DNA of 59,979 bases from an uncultured virus (IMG/VR IMGVR_UViG_3300032298_000389) (lineage: Duplodnaviria; Heunggongvirae; Uroviricota; Caudoviricetes). Of the stretch, positions 29,601 through 40,100 are shown piece by piece. Position 1 is the stretch's first letter. The number at the start of each line of letters is the position of its first letter. The position numbers and the translations under genes were made by a program. Location: the IMG/VR virus record IMGVR_UViG_3300032298_000389; one strand, written 5' to 3'. The notes under the pieces were generated by a model. It was given only the letters and a program-made list of their open reading frames with translations. It ran no database searches and was not told the DNA's origin.

Positions 29601-31141
29601 CATCTGAATTAACTAGTAGAGGTGCTTTTGTTAAAGCTAACAAAGATGGTACTAAGTTCATGTATATTGATGAGAAAACTTTACGTGAAGAGTTTAAATC
29701 TGGAGCATGGGAAATAGGTTCTGAAGAAAATAATAGCTATGAGAATAGAAACATGTATGCTTTAGATCCAAGAACATTTAAACAAAATGGTAAGTTGAAC
29801 TTTGAACTGTATATGAAGTTTGTAGCTGAAAGAGAGTTTTTAAGATCAGAGTATCCTATTAATGAAATGGTTAACAAGTCTTGGTTTAGAAGAGAAGGTT
29901 TGGATCTTTATGAAGCTAACCCTACAGTAGATGGTGGTACTTTAGGTAGATTTGTTTATGAGAGATATATTACTAATAAAGCATTAGATAATGTATATAA
30001 TTTTTATCATCTATTCATTGATAAAAATAATGCTCTTGCATCAAGATATTCTAAATTTATAACACAACATAAAAATTCATTACTACAACAGTATGACGTA
30101 CTTGATGCATTAAAATATGAATCAAATAAAAGTCGTTCAATATTCAATATATATCTTGCTGATAAAGACATGAATAGTGATAAGTCAAATGTTTATACTA
30201 TGAATCTTAAAAATCTTTCAGATAGATCTGTTATGAAAATAGCAGACAAAGATGAAAATGATAGGATCAGTGACATGTTTGCTTTGATGTCTAATTTTGC
30301 TTTCTTACAAACAGGTCTCAACAAAACTAAATTAAACTTTACAAACATTGTAGACTTTACTAATTTCTTAGATGTAATGAAGGAAGAATCAGAAAAATTT
30401 ACGAGAGCATTAGATGCTAATGCAGGACCTATATTAGATGATTTCTTTGCACAATTTAAAGAACAAAATAGCCGTAAAAATATTGATAGTGGTAGGTTTA
30501 AAGATTATCTAAACAACATAGACTTATCTAAACCAAATGATGTTGAAGTAAGGGATACTGAGATAGAAGAATCCCCGTATGAACTTAAAGAAACTAGTAT
30601 GACTAATGTATTTGCTTACAGAGATCAGCTAGGTAACAAAGATTTCTACAAAGGTCTTGCACTTAATAATCCTGATGTAGTATTTATTAGAAATAATGTC
30701 AATACTACTTACAAGGATCCAAAGAAAAATTTTGGAGGTCAGCAAGAATTAGATAGTTTTGCCGGAAACATGACAATGAATATTACTACCTCATTAACCA
30801 AAACAAATGATAACTTTGCAAATCTTCCTAAAACAGCATATAAAGATGTTATAAGATTGTGGGAAGAAGAGATTGCACATATTCAAGGTGTTAATGATGG
30901 TAAAGCAAAACTTACAAAAATTGCATTTCCAACAACAGGTTTTGGTGATCCTGCATTGATGCCTCAAGAATTATTTGTATATTTAAGTAGAAGATTGTTT
31001 GATGAATTTGGATATGTTAACCCAGGATCTGTAATGTATAATGAAATGCAGGGAAATAATACACTTGCTGAAGGTATAACAAATGAAGAAATACTAGAAC
31101 AATTAGGTTTAGAAGAAGATCCATTTAAAAACTGTGAATAA
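20693..31141 (+). CDS. Virion-packaged single-chain RNA polymerase, crAss-like (phi14:2 gp66-type), with zincin and accessory domains (3482 aa)
   Basis: RIPVQGLNSM followed by the catalytic DxDxD motif GADYDIDKL (28001-28027), ADGQGY upstream, and HEAWH...EEDIAEDF zincin motif (from 23375). Size and position match crAss-like vRNAPs. Confidence 0.9.
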   Translation: MACELNVDAVKYVYGYVYGEISDRESGKNKNPLDIKVMMKDFYNYLNSLPNDGFESEEDKKEKALYFAQSIPQILGLVAARPKARDYILKTNTQLFIDIPTLASEYSDIKKVEVLVKPTIKTRKTAKKEVIEALEEKSVPKEDETKKYSYAEYASKVIYPNGTSGQEAVPIDPETGLPKNEKDPEKGLFYEVIKDIVYIVKSTTNDEVLYGEDESVSLALTLMPVSKADPAMFTSKDKIDQKTYGVRGIVAIITDTAGNEVYFNDDGSINRDGNGRRIYQFVRKPYVENGKLFFLNKYNKKTSLVPAEEVAENWAKQKRAQKIYPKKEEIAAKVVEIRNKQTKLFNDLLRLREYIESTEEAVTVKITDGSFGMSNDTKKFYPIQETGLGVEDLDFKPLGDDYPGRWGVVINKTRPGVTVDQLLLLQRSNISDDLAGHIADILTTKAKLKGRELTPQQRREFFENFINNDFEEGEITSPDKIQVKESVDENGQAILNVSINGEEPIPQNVLYTEKGRKLIFDHLKTAKTDWELYEKQTAKEKTTYSAALNYVNTLMGRSFTDYILDKSTNKLAEVEEDYFEFIKDKMLIQYPADTAAYFSGMNAYLNFGIPQNIIPANEQVYELGEPASNKEDNAPVKKAQNSEPNAKVRNVTKYQKAKDLYNEGKGTWGMRPATGLEPLVPFAEHVGNPWSTQKDALNKNVLIVKDVATAVKNYEDWLTGKKFKTVEQKRRKFILDAIEKGWFNNTTFIYYKPVGKSYRSHVDVLVDMINKRNRVESADIIINEPIEQPKPAPKKQAVAVKATVSSILNNKNRKQYLKRDVKLNSFFEKIFTTKKARDKAFDWWEQSFISQTKINGEAPISLQRLTEIANSDAVATFDKSGITLYKGSTNIDIYHEAWHAFSQLFLTPEEQESLYEDVLKTPKYTNKNYATKEEAYSDIEEDIAEDFRSFMKSEKFKESLPKFLRTIFERIGAFLRWAYGKVTRQDMTRPRDIPRVREMFEVLRTNKPEEAIKKGLFQSLNATTQNMSFTKLNRGKRTIQPIKANKNINEFTPEETMQIMNTMDGMAALAFQDYNLDHNSTVGYIRISEVPQNRIQMYEDMKDNFYGALTYYVEQLEEITLKNVNADEITPEDAAEEKKLTDMVDFIKRVVDNFGDIKLSLDKKQQTGVIAHHMKKSRFTMLKESYNEIEDTTSIEAMQMLKDASGNILSSKQVASEETLMLLSGLFKPERGSDGRVVRDEDGAIVYKRDMFGIPELEKVDDVWNKLAKILEGSYDVVEMHQRILDSMGNYPELEQLLNLLPQLAHTDIESNGYRMPTEFRAETNFWQDLKKPRIRYIQLNIDKEADDKFTAKLSKASMDVYAVTSEWEYNFAVANPSVNDFIEQEGGNNLLNLDKIINRFGKKSAMSAKDSIEFLKALGIELDLSSSTIRNMVFDPKVNFALDNGLNKMLDAMKVVQSSTNEPLKDEFRRNPLKMLREGLPVDLRKDKEKSLDVQARIRLLAEIQNEFSDRFSNFSVLNAERNRVWEHFVDNTITRVITSINKAETYQELTQSEDFKHMHWLAKKNNTLAPFSQLLNSVFYMKFDPRKPEQYGTKRKDAKLLLQNITGTQFITKNINETTGSNTSSMDAVGKFLQEYHTMLMNGVEEFMRHASKNMAMGLTVDRDTEIKSYSGKKNKKLYIDIDAFEPGRDGELRGAQIMLGYLSGEANRIFRFKNNINKFKNYAGYNREVKDKLGRTVMAGEAFTLFDDILTKPNQEVLYDIIQSAIDNNQPAFNMADILDDNPDLRDGIEMDIIKYFNLLTKENLDRLNENKYVDSKLSSEYIKKGVVDTKEDAINMLTKAYSYNSFIHKYETVILAYGDLAQYNHAKEEFHKRNAGLGSGGKGFRADQWAQQFINTELSKDYIDNLNQTRSDKNKLVARKYDGTFNTAIMKELKMNSEYYNEYLAELTKVYTERYGDSVKAKQLAEKVLKEYKNMKVADGQGYLTIEAYRNLKWLEGNWSDEQEALYKKISNGENISIEDAIQFFPPYKLQYFGNIKSEGLPVNSFHKFSLAPLIPGVAKEGTQLYDLHLKMMEQQIDYVTFETGSKVAHIGSGDEVFNEDGTFNNNVTFTPNVIYAEYLKNQTEINSSYKGVSIFSTQLRKMILEGLYENGEIKSKDKEFVKGRAEDYIRKVEFLTNIHKLQLLDEIGYEEVDGEFIPTSNASTEKIANMIRTNLEKDDLLSDDLIDFIDVYEKDNTLVNDLSFHPESAKIEKLLLSIINKKVIKQKVKGEALVQMSSAFFNNYSSIPAELTTGNKKQRDEIIKKYVGTNFLPTYHKKANGFTAAMKVMISMQGDYLKLFNLEYSNDETIGVYFDNGDLDMNASLERLNEKIKDDEWLDANNEANRKAITMMGVRIPVQGLNSMEFMEVYHFLPPQAGNIVIPPAEIVAKSGADYDIDKLTIFMTNLNESGNVKKPEYNTYKDFKNQYDFMKSTGLSTGQIEMFFEQQKAGVENELIQSMKNILELPDNYASLITPNSNYILEPIAEELSKYVMEYDPFANKMTEENVNTDGKKIISPTRILESLYNVYKHESNIVGKRTLGLGAIENTFNVIFNSLGAYMPNEYTHTVGKDNQERTAHLWLKHHKLNVDGKEHISISNMFDVNNEYKVADVLAQMINGWVDVEKDPWIFFIQGNYETAPILLYLLKTGVPVNEAVYFVSNPLTIEYIKEKNLGQSTFAELLGKKPEYKAKLAQEAAGRVIRKYFNRNELKMDSSQFDRYTKGVEMAEDYLEDRQEKTFTKDEMLGLIKNFKQNNGKLTEKETDLAKTMFLHFLEIEQQITGLTALKLSSNPDTATRSTASEIELSEASIDQLSSETKIPKELLTKMLNDSVISSFFNGPLSLAVIRPLFKLKYNKHISNYIVENAKLFRSTSSKLLGERKVDTFITMFRNDLINMIFQNAIRKYKMDDSYMSYTIKKEIPTALASELTSRGAFVKANKDGTKFMYIDEKTLREEFKSGAWEIGSEENNSYENRNMYALDPRTFKQNGKLNFELYMKFVAEREFLRSEYPINEMVNKSWFRREGLDLYEANPTVDGGTLGRFVYERYITNKALDNVYNFYHLFIDKNNALASRYSKFITQHKNSLLQQYDVLDALKYESNKSRSIFNIYLADKDMNSDKSNVYTMNLKNLSDRSVMKIADKDENDRISDMFALMSNFAFLQTGLNKTKLNFTNIVDFTNFLDVMKEESEKFTRALDANAGPILDDFFAQFKEQNSRKNIDSGRFKDYLNNIDLSKPNDVEVRDTEIEESPYELKETSMTNVFAYRDQLGNKDFYKGLALNNPDVVFIRNNVNTTYKDPKKNFGGQQELDSFAGNMTMNITTSLTKTNDNFANLPKTAYKDVIRLWEEEIAHIQGVNDGKAKLTKIAFPTTGFGDPALMPQELFVYLSRRLFDEFGYVNPGSVMYNEMQGNNTLAEGITNEEILEQLGLEEDPFKNCE

Positions 31142-34100
31142 TGTCTTGTCAAGTACAAATTAATACTATTAACTTATTACAAAAGAATAATGTAATTGAT
31201 GATTTTTCAAAAGGTGGTAGAAACAGAATATTAAATATAACTGAGTTTGATAGACTTAATGATAAGTATACTCAACTTGCTAAAATAAAATATCCTAATC
31301 TATCTCAAATAGATGGTCAATTACTATTTACTATAGATGAAATAGAAACAACTGATTCATCAAGATCAACTTACTGGAGAGATGCCAAGTATAAAACACT
31401 ATGGGCCGTCCCTAATAAAGAATTCTTTGATAAGATACAAGTAGAATTTGACAAAGCACAAATGCCAGAATCTGAACCACAACCTAAAGTAGGTCCTGAT
31501 GGTCAGTATAAATTATTTGGATTAAGTTTTGATGATCCTGAAAAACTTGAGTTTGAAACAACTACATTAGGTGTTATTAATCAGTTTCTTGAAAACATTG
31601 GTGTAGAACAAAGACTAGTGTCTAACTTCTATACTAATGAAGGAACTCCTGTAGAGGGTGCACTTGCTGCTGCAAACTTTATTAAAGGTACAGTAGATAT
31701 TATAGATGACTTTGAGAAAAGACCTTCTGCATGGAATAAACTTCCTGAAGAGGCTGCACACTGGTGGTATAGATTATTAAAAGAAGATTCTGGTCTGAAA
31801 AAACTATTGTGGGAGTCCCACAAAACAACTACAAAAAGAAATCAACTTTATAATACTGCTTACGGTAAAACAGTAAATAAACCTGAAGATCTTACTGAAG
31901 AAGCAATAGGACAACTTATTGCTGAAGCAATTAAGAAAATTGAAAATCAAGAAGGTGCACCAGAAGACTATGGTTTCTTAAGAGCATTTATTAAATGGGT
32001 TGATAGTTTAATAAAATCTTTTGTATCACTTGTAGAAGATCCATTTGAAGTAGCTGCAATGAAGATACTTTCATCTGACATGACTGATCTTATGAGCTTT
32101 GATGAGTATAGAAAACTAAATGATATAGTTTACTTTGATACAATTCTTGATGATCAATCTGTGGCTCCTATGGACTATACTATTATAGAAGATATAGGTA
32201 TTCCAGTTCGTCCTGGAAAAAACATATTTGATGAAGTAAATAGTAAATATTATTTTGTATTTAGTTCAGGAGAAGATATACTAAAAGGTAGACAATCTCC
32301 TAAGTTTGATACACAAGAAGAACTTGATGCTTGGGTCTATACAAATATAAAAGAGTATGCACCTAGACAAAAATCAAAACTTCAAGAAATTAAAGACACA
32401 GAAGTATTCTTTGATAGGCTTTTAAATAAAAAGTATAATAAAAAAACAAGATTTTTAAAGAAAACACTTTCAAAATATTATCAAATTGTTGGTGGTAGTA
32501 TGCAGTCAATGAGATTTGATAATTGGCAACCTTATGAAAATGACTTACAGATTACTAAACCACTTGATAAAAATGAGAAAAAGATATTAAAAAATACAAA
32601 CAATTATACAAATCTTACTCCAACCTTAAAAGTACTACCTTTAATACTTCAGAAATACAAAAAAAATCCAATTATACTATCTGAAAAATTAAAAGTAGAT
32701 GGTATAAAAAAACAGGAATCTGAAGTAATTGAGGCTGTTAAAGATTTAATTATAAAAGAAAATCCTAAATTAAAAACAATTTCAGCTGAAGATCTTGTTA
32801 ATGAAGTATATAATTATTTAAAAGCAAATTACACATTAGGTTTTGCAAATGAGTTAGACCATTTAAGTTATCGTATTAATTCTACTTTTTATAATACAGA
32901 TGGTGGTGAAGGTGTTGTAGAACATAATAAAATATCAATAAGATTTAATGATACATATCATTTAAAACGTGGACATTTTAAATATGCACCATCTGCTTGG
33001 GCAAATCTTACTAAATTTTATTCAAAAAGTTTAAGTGAAAAAGATGCTGTTTTATTACATGAAATTCAAAATGATAATATTGAACATCTTAGAGATTTTT
33101 TACGTAAAGATAATCCATTAGAAAGCTCATATGAATATTTTTTAAATGATGTTGCTAATCAATTACAATCAAACATTGATAGTATTTTAAACAATAGTTT
33201 TAAAATAAATAAAAACAGTGATTTTACTAGTTATTATAATCAAAGTTGGATTTCTTATTACATTATTGCAAATTCAAACAATTCTGTTGCTGATGCTTAT
33301 AGACAAATAAAACAAATGACTCAAGAAAAAATTGACTTGTATGACAGTTCAAATTCTAAGGAAGATGTTGATTTTTATTTAAAAGAAGTTGATAAAGCTT
33401 ATGGTAAAAGAATGATAATACAAAGTATAATAAGAAATGGTGGTCTTAAGGCTTTACTTACAAAACAACAAATAGATGAGATTCAACAGCTTATTAATGA
33501 TGCAAATAGTGGTGATTTAATAACACTTAATTGGAAAAAAAACACTTTTGCAAAAAGTATGAAACCATACATTGATATTATAAATGAAAATTATAAATCA
33601 AAATATGGTGTAGGACAAAATTTAATAGATGATGTATATCAGTTAACAATTAAAGCTCAACCTAGAAGTGGTTATTTAGATATAGATAGAAGTGTAAATA
33701 GATTTCTTTCTGCTAATACTACAAAGTTGTTAACTAACAGTAATGAAGTAATAGATGATACTAAAAAGAGATTAGTATCAGCATATAAAGCAGCAAGTGC
33801 TTATAATTTTAGCAAACAATTTATTAAAATAACAAAAGAACAATTTACTGAATTACGTGAAAATATATTGTTTAATCAAAATTTATTTGAAGAATCTATA
33901 GATATACAATCTAAAAAAGATTTACAACTTGCTGCATCAAATGTTTCTAATTTAACAGATTCTGAAATTATTTCTGATTTACAAGAAGATCCTTTTACTG
34001 GTTTTACTTATAAAGGTTGGTCATTAGATGCTTATACAGAAAAAGAAGCTATAAAAGAAGTTAGAGAATTAACTTCTGAAAGAAAAATAGAAATTCAAAA

Positions 34101-37100
34101 AGAAAAAGTTGAAAAGGTTAAAGCTAAAGCAGCTGTTAAAAAACAAGAACTTGATGAAAAGTATAAATCATCTAAACTACAAGCTGCAGATATTTTACCA
34201 ATGGAAATGAGTTATTTTACTCCATTAATACACTATACTATTCAAAAACATATAAAAGAAAATGGTAAAAACACACCATTATACTTTAGTGGTTTTAATA
34301 TTACTAAGTTAACTCAAGGAAATGATAGAACAGCACTTATATATGCTGGTAAAGATGAAGTAAAATTTACTAAAGAAGAAGCTGATAAAATTAAATATCA
34401 AGCTGCATTAAAATTAGGTCTTCTTCAAAGTGCTGATCAAATTGATGACTTAAAAGGAGAGTTAGAATATTACGAAGATTTATTACAAGCTGATGATGAT
34501 TATTTTATATCTGAATATTTTAATCAAGATGCTTTTGATAGGATATCAGTTGAAGAAAGAAAAAAAACTTTGATAGATGCAAAAGAAGTAGTTAAAAAAA
34601 GAGTAGATAATTTAAGAGATAAACTATCAAAATCAAAATCTTCTGAAAATGTAGAAGAAGCTTTAAAATTACTTGCTGATTATAAAAGACAATCTGAAAA
34701 CAATATGAATGATGTTGTCAATATGATTATGAATATAAGTAATTATCAACCAATTGAAACAGGTGCTATTTATAATGCAATGTCTCAAATTCCTGGAGTA
34801 AAACTAATTTGGGTACCTTCAATAGAAGGTATTAATGGAGAACCAGGAGGATATAAAGTAGATCTTACTAATTACAATTTTGAACAACCTGTACTATATG
34901 GTTTAGATACTACAGCAACTAAGTCTGCTGATACTGTTACTGAACCTACAGAGATGTATGGTATTCCATTAGTAGATATTAATGTAGATACTTTACAAGA
35001 TGCCAGATCTAAAAGAGTTGCTGAAGTTCTTGCTCAAAAATTAAGTCTTGGATTAAATATAAGATTTGAAAATATTACTCCAGAACAAGCAGCAAAACTT
35101 ACAAGAGTAAGTCCAACTCCTTATAATGGAGAAGCTGCTTTTTATTATGCAGGAACAGTATATGTAGTAGGTGATAATATAAATATTAATACTATACTTC
35201 ATGAATTTTCACATCCTGTAATCAATGGTATCAGAATAAAGAATAAAAAACTATTTGATAATCTTTATGAGTCTATGATGATGACTGTAGAAGGTCAGCA
35301 AATCCGTGACAATGTTCTACAGAAGTATCCAGAACTGGGATCTAATCCAGACTTACTTAAATCTGAAATACTTACATATGGTCTTCAGTTAGCTGCAGTT
35401 AATAAACTAACAGGTAAAATACAAAGTGAAGGATTTGAATCTGTTATTAATAAATTACTTGCTTCTATAAAACAACTCATAAGAAGTATATTTGGTAACA
35501 AACAAGGTATAAGTGACATTAATGTAGACACAACTATTGATGAGTTGGGTAGAATGTTACTTGAAGATGAGATTGATTTATCAGAGTATGATGTTACTAA
35601 TGATGACTTAATTCAGTATGGTAAGTTTGTAACAGAACGAGCAAATGAATTAACTAAATCAATGGGTTCCTTAGATTTAGAAAAAGTAATTAATGAATGG
35701 TATGCAAGTAACAAAGCAATTCTTGATAGAGCTAGAAATTTTAAAACTGATAAGGCAATAAAAGAAATGCTTACCAAAAGTATTTTTGGTGAAAAAGAAG
35801 GTTCTACTAATTTACTACCTGAAGCAGTATCATCATTAAGACGTTTTCAAACTATAACAGACTTTGGTAAATATAGTAAGGACCAATTGATGAATAAAGT
35901 TTTAGATGCTGAAGAAGATAGATTAAAAGAACTTGATAGACAAGCACGGGCTCTTATCAATAGTATTGATAAAATAGATGTCATTGCTCAAAACATGTTA
36001 AATGACTTAGGTAAAATATATAGAGAAAAAAATGTAAGTGCTAGAAATACAATTGCTCTTGTAAACTTCTATAAACAAAACAGTTATGCATGGAAAGAAA
36101 CCATTGATCAGTTTAATGAAATCATTAGAGAAGGTGGTCTTAGTATGGATAAAGATAACCTATTCTATAAAGTAATTAATAAAATCAACGCTAATCTAGA
36201 TGAAATCAACGTAGTTATTTCTCAAATATATAAGAAAAATAATATTCAGTTCTATGTTGAATTAACTGGACCTATGAATGAGTTTGTTCAAGATGAATTT
36301 AAAAAGAACTTGAATACAGCATTTAAAAATGCATATAAATCTGAGGCAGATAGAGATGCTGCTGTTGATAGTTTTTATAATAAAGTAATTTCTCAAGAAG
36401 ACGTTACTGATGATTTAGAAGCATTATATAAAAATGGTGTACCAAAAGATGTGCTTGTTAGATTCTTGAACTTATATCAACAAATGGTAGCTACTCCTGA
36501 AAAGATTCAGAATGCATTGACGGGACATGCAAAAGATGTAAGTTGGTTTAATAGATTCTTAGAAAGTTATACTTCTAGTAATGATCCTATTGTAGGTTCT
36601 TTAGCCTTATTTATCCAAAATCAAAGAACTGAAATTACAAATGACTTTATGGATGAGTCTGGTTCTTTCTTAAAATCACTGGAAAAACTATTACCTCAAG
36701 TAAACTTTACTAAACTTAATGTTACTCAGATACAAGATATGGTCACATATGAAGACACTATTTTGTATTGGGATAAAGATACCGGAAAACCAATTGAGAG
36801 AAAGATAAGAACTTTCTTACATGAGTTTGGTAATGGTTATAGATATGCTGAAGATATACTTGAGTACAACCTTGCAGAGGCACGGGCATCTAAAAATCAA
36901 GAAAATATTATTAAAGCTAGAGAAGAACTAAAAGAGTTTAAAAAAGATTACATGTGGCAGGAGTTTGTTCCTGAGTACTATGAATCTGATAAAGTTTATG
37001 ATGAAATTATACCTGGTTATGATGCAGTTACTAGTAAGAGAATTGCAATGGAAGCATATTCTGATAGACAAAATGCATTAGATGATTACAATAACTTAAT

Positions 37101-40100
37101 TAATGAACATGATGATGAATTGTCTAGATTTAAAAACTATTCAAGTCTACAAGCTGCATTTAGAAAGTTTAAACAATTAAGTGCACTTACTTATGAAGAT
37201 GGTACACCAAAAATGGATGACCCTAAGAAAGGTATATATGATTTGTCAAAAGCAAAACTACTTCAAAGAGTAAGTCAAGCAAAATCTAAGTTCTATGAAT
37301 TTGTACCTCTACAGAAGTCACTAGAGTCTGCTTATAATGAATTTATAAATAACCTAGGAACAGACGGTATTACTAGAGATAATCCTGACTTTGATAAAAA
37401 AGTAAAAGAGTGGAGAAAACAGAATCTTACAATGAAGTATGATTCAAGATATGCACAAAGGAGAAGAGAAATACTTGATAGAGTTGGTGAGTTACAGTCT
37501 AAGATGAACTTGTCATTTGACATGGCTGGTGCATATAGAGAAATCAATGATCTAATCTTTACTTATAGAGATGAACTTGGACAACCTATTACTCCTGAAC
37601 TAGGGGAAGATAAGATACAAAGAATCCAAGAACTTGAGCAATCAATAATTAACTTTAGAGAATCTTTAGATAGAAATTCAGGTTTGTCTCAAGAAGAAAG
37701 ATCATATCTCAATACTCTTACTGCAATGGTTAAGAAAGGTACTGAGTTATCTGATGAGCAAAAAAGACAAATGGTTAATTTGTTACAAAGACAAGCTCAG
37801 ACTGGATTAAGTATTACAGAAGCAGCAGAATTACAGAATCTTTTTGCAGAATTAGGGGACTTATCTGAAAAAATTCCTACTGATTATTACATGGATGCAT
37901 TAAACTTTCATTTGTCAAGATTGGAGGCTGGTGAAGTTACTGTAGATGAAGTAGAAGATTATATTAATGATGAAGAGTTTCAGGATTTACTAGAAAAAGA
38001 TGAAAAGCTTAGAGACTGGTTTGAAATGAACCATGTAACTAAAAAGAGAAAAGTAGATGGTAAAACAGTTATTAGTTATGAGCCTACTATTGCAAATAGA
38101 ATTACAGTTCCTGTAAATAAAGATTATATTTTGACAACAAAAATAGTTGATCAAGATACAGGTGATACTATTACATTAGAAGGTGTACCTAATGCACGTC
38201 ACTCAAGATATCAAGTTAAAAATGAATTCCGTACTATTCCTATAGGAGAGTCATGGGATAAATATGTAGGTATCTATGTAGATAATAAAGGTAACTATCT
38301 ACCACGTCTTCATGAACCGGGTAATAAGAATAGTGCAAAAGATGCAAGATTTATGAATCAAAGATTTTTTGATTTAAAAAGATCTAACAATGCAGAATAT
38401 AAGTTGCTTGAAGAAATGAAGAAGTTCCATCTTGGAATTCAGAAAGGACAAAGTAACTATTCTAAACTTTACTTAGACATGCCAAGATTTGCAGTTAAAG
38501 CTGGAGATTTATATCAGGCAATGCAAAGAGGTAAGATTGGTGAAAGATTTAAAAACTTTAGAGAGTGGAAAGATCAATTAGTTGGTAAGTCTGTTAATGA
38601 CTTTGAAAGAGGTTATAATTATGATGCTAAAAATAACTTAGTCAATACAGATTTAAAAGGAAATCAAATTACATATGTACCTGTTGAAGGAATCTTTAAT
38701 ATTGAATTAGATAAAACTGATGCTGATATTATAACAAGTTTATTTAGATATGGTATGTCAGTTAAAACTCAAGGTAAGTTACTTGAAAGTCTTCCTATTG
38801 TAGAAAGTATTGTAAGTACACTTGAGGACCCTGCAAATCAACCAAAGAATATGGATGCATATTCTAAAGGTATATTTAATGTAAGAAATTTATATCAAAA
38901 TCCTACAAAGGCTGGTGCTGAAAATAACAGACTTGGACAAGTTAGATCACTAATAGAAAGAGAATATTTGGGACAACAAACTGCTTCTTTTGAAGAGTCT
39001 AATCCAAGATTATCTAAATGGTTGGATATGATTCAAGGTTTATCCACTAGAGCATCTCTTGCTGTAAACATTCCTTCAGATTTAAAGAACCAGTTTTCAG
39101 GATACATGCAAAGTATGATTGAAGCTATAGGAGGTGAATTTATTACTTCTAAAGATTATGCTATGGCAGTTCCATGGTCAACTCAAGCACTATTAACTTG
39201 GGCATCCAAAGATGCATATGCTGTGGGACCTGGTTCACTTTCTGGACAAATGTTACAAAGATTTGATCCTACTTTTACTTCTGAAGATAAATTTGGAAAT
39301 TCAGTTTCTAAAAGTTTGATAAAAGATTTAGCAAATGGTTCTTGGATGTATGCTCACAGAAAATTTGGGGAAATGGATGTGGCTGTAAAATTATTTGGTG
39401 CATTTCTACATGGTCAAAAAGTTAATCAATTAGTTGGTGGTAAACAAGTTTCTATGAGATATGTAGATGCATTTGAATTAGACAATGAAGGATTAATGAG
39501 ACTTAAAGCAGGTGTTGATGCTGCATGGGATACTAAATCTGTATTTCATAATTATACTAAGGGTGAGTCTTTAAAACAAATTGCTGATAGATACAATGTA
39601 ACTGTTGAAGAACTGAAAAAAAGAAACAATATTGAATCTGAAATTCAGTTAGAAGATGGTCAAGAAATGGTAATTGCTAAGTCTGAAAAATTTAAAGCAT
39701 TTAAAAATAAATTACAGGGAACATCTCGTAGACTATTTGGTGCTTATGATAGATTTGGTCAACCAGAAGGTAATAAATTTATTGCCTATAGAATGTTCTT
39801 CTTCATGAGAAAGTGGTTTACTCCTATGTTAACCAACAGATGGGGATTTGATTCTAAAACTGGTGGTTTGTCAAGTGGTGGTGAAAGATATGACTGGGCA
39901 TTAGGTAGATATACTAAAGGTTACTATGTAAGTGCATTTCAAACATTAGTAAGATTAATTAAATCTAAAGGAGCTGAGATGTCATATATGACAGATCAAG
40001 AAAAAGCAGATCTTAGAAGAACTATGGCTGAAGGTTTAATTATTATTACAGCCTCTTTATTAGCAGCTATGTTATTTGGATTTGATCCTGATGATGATGA

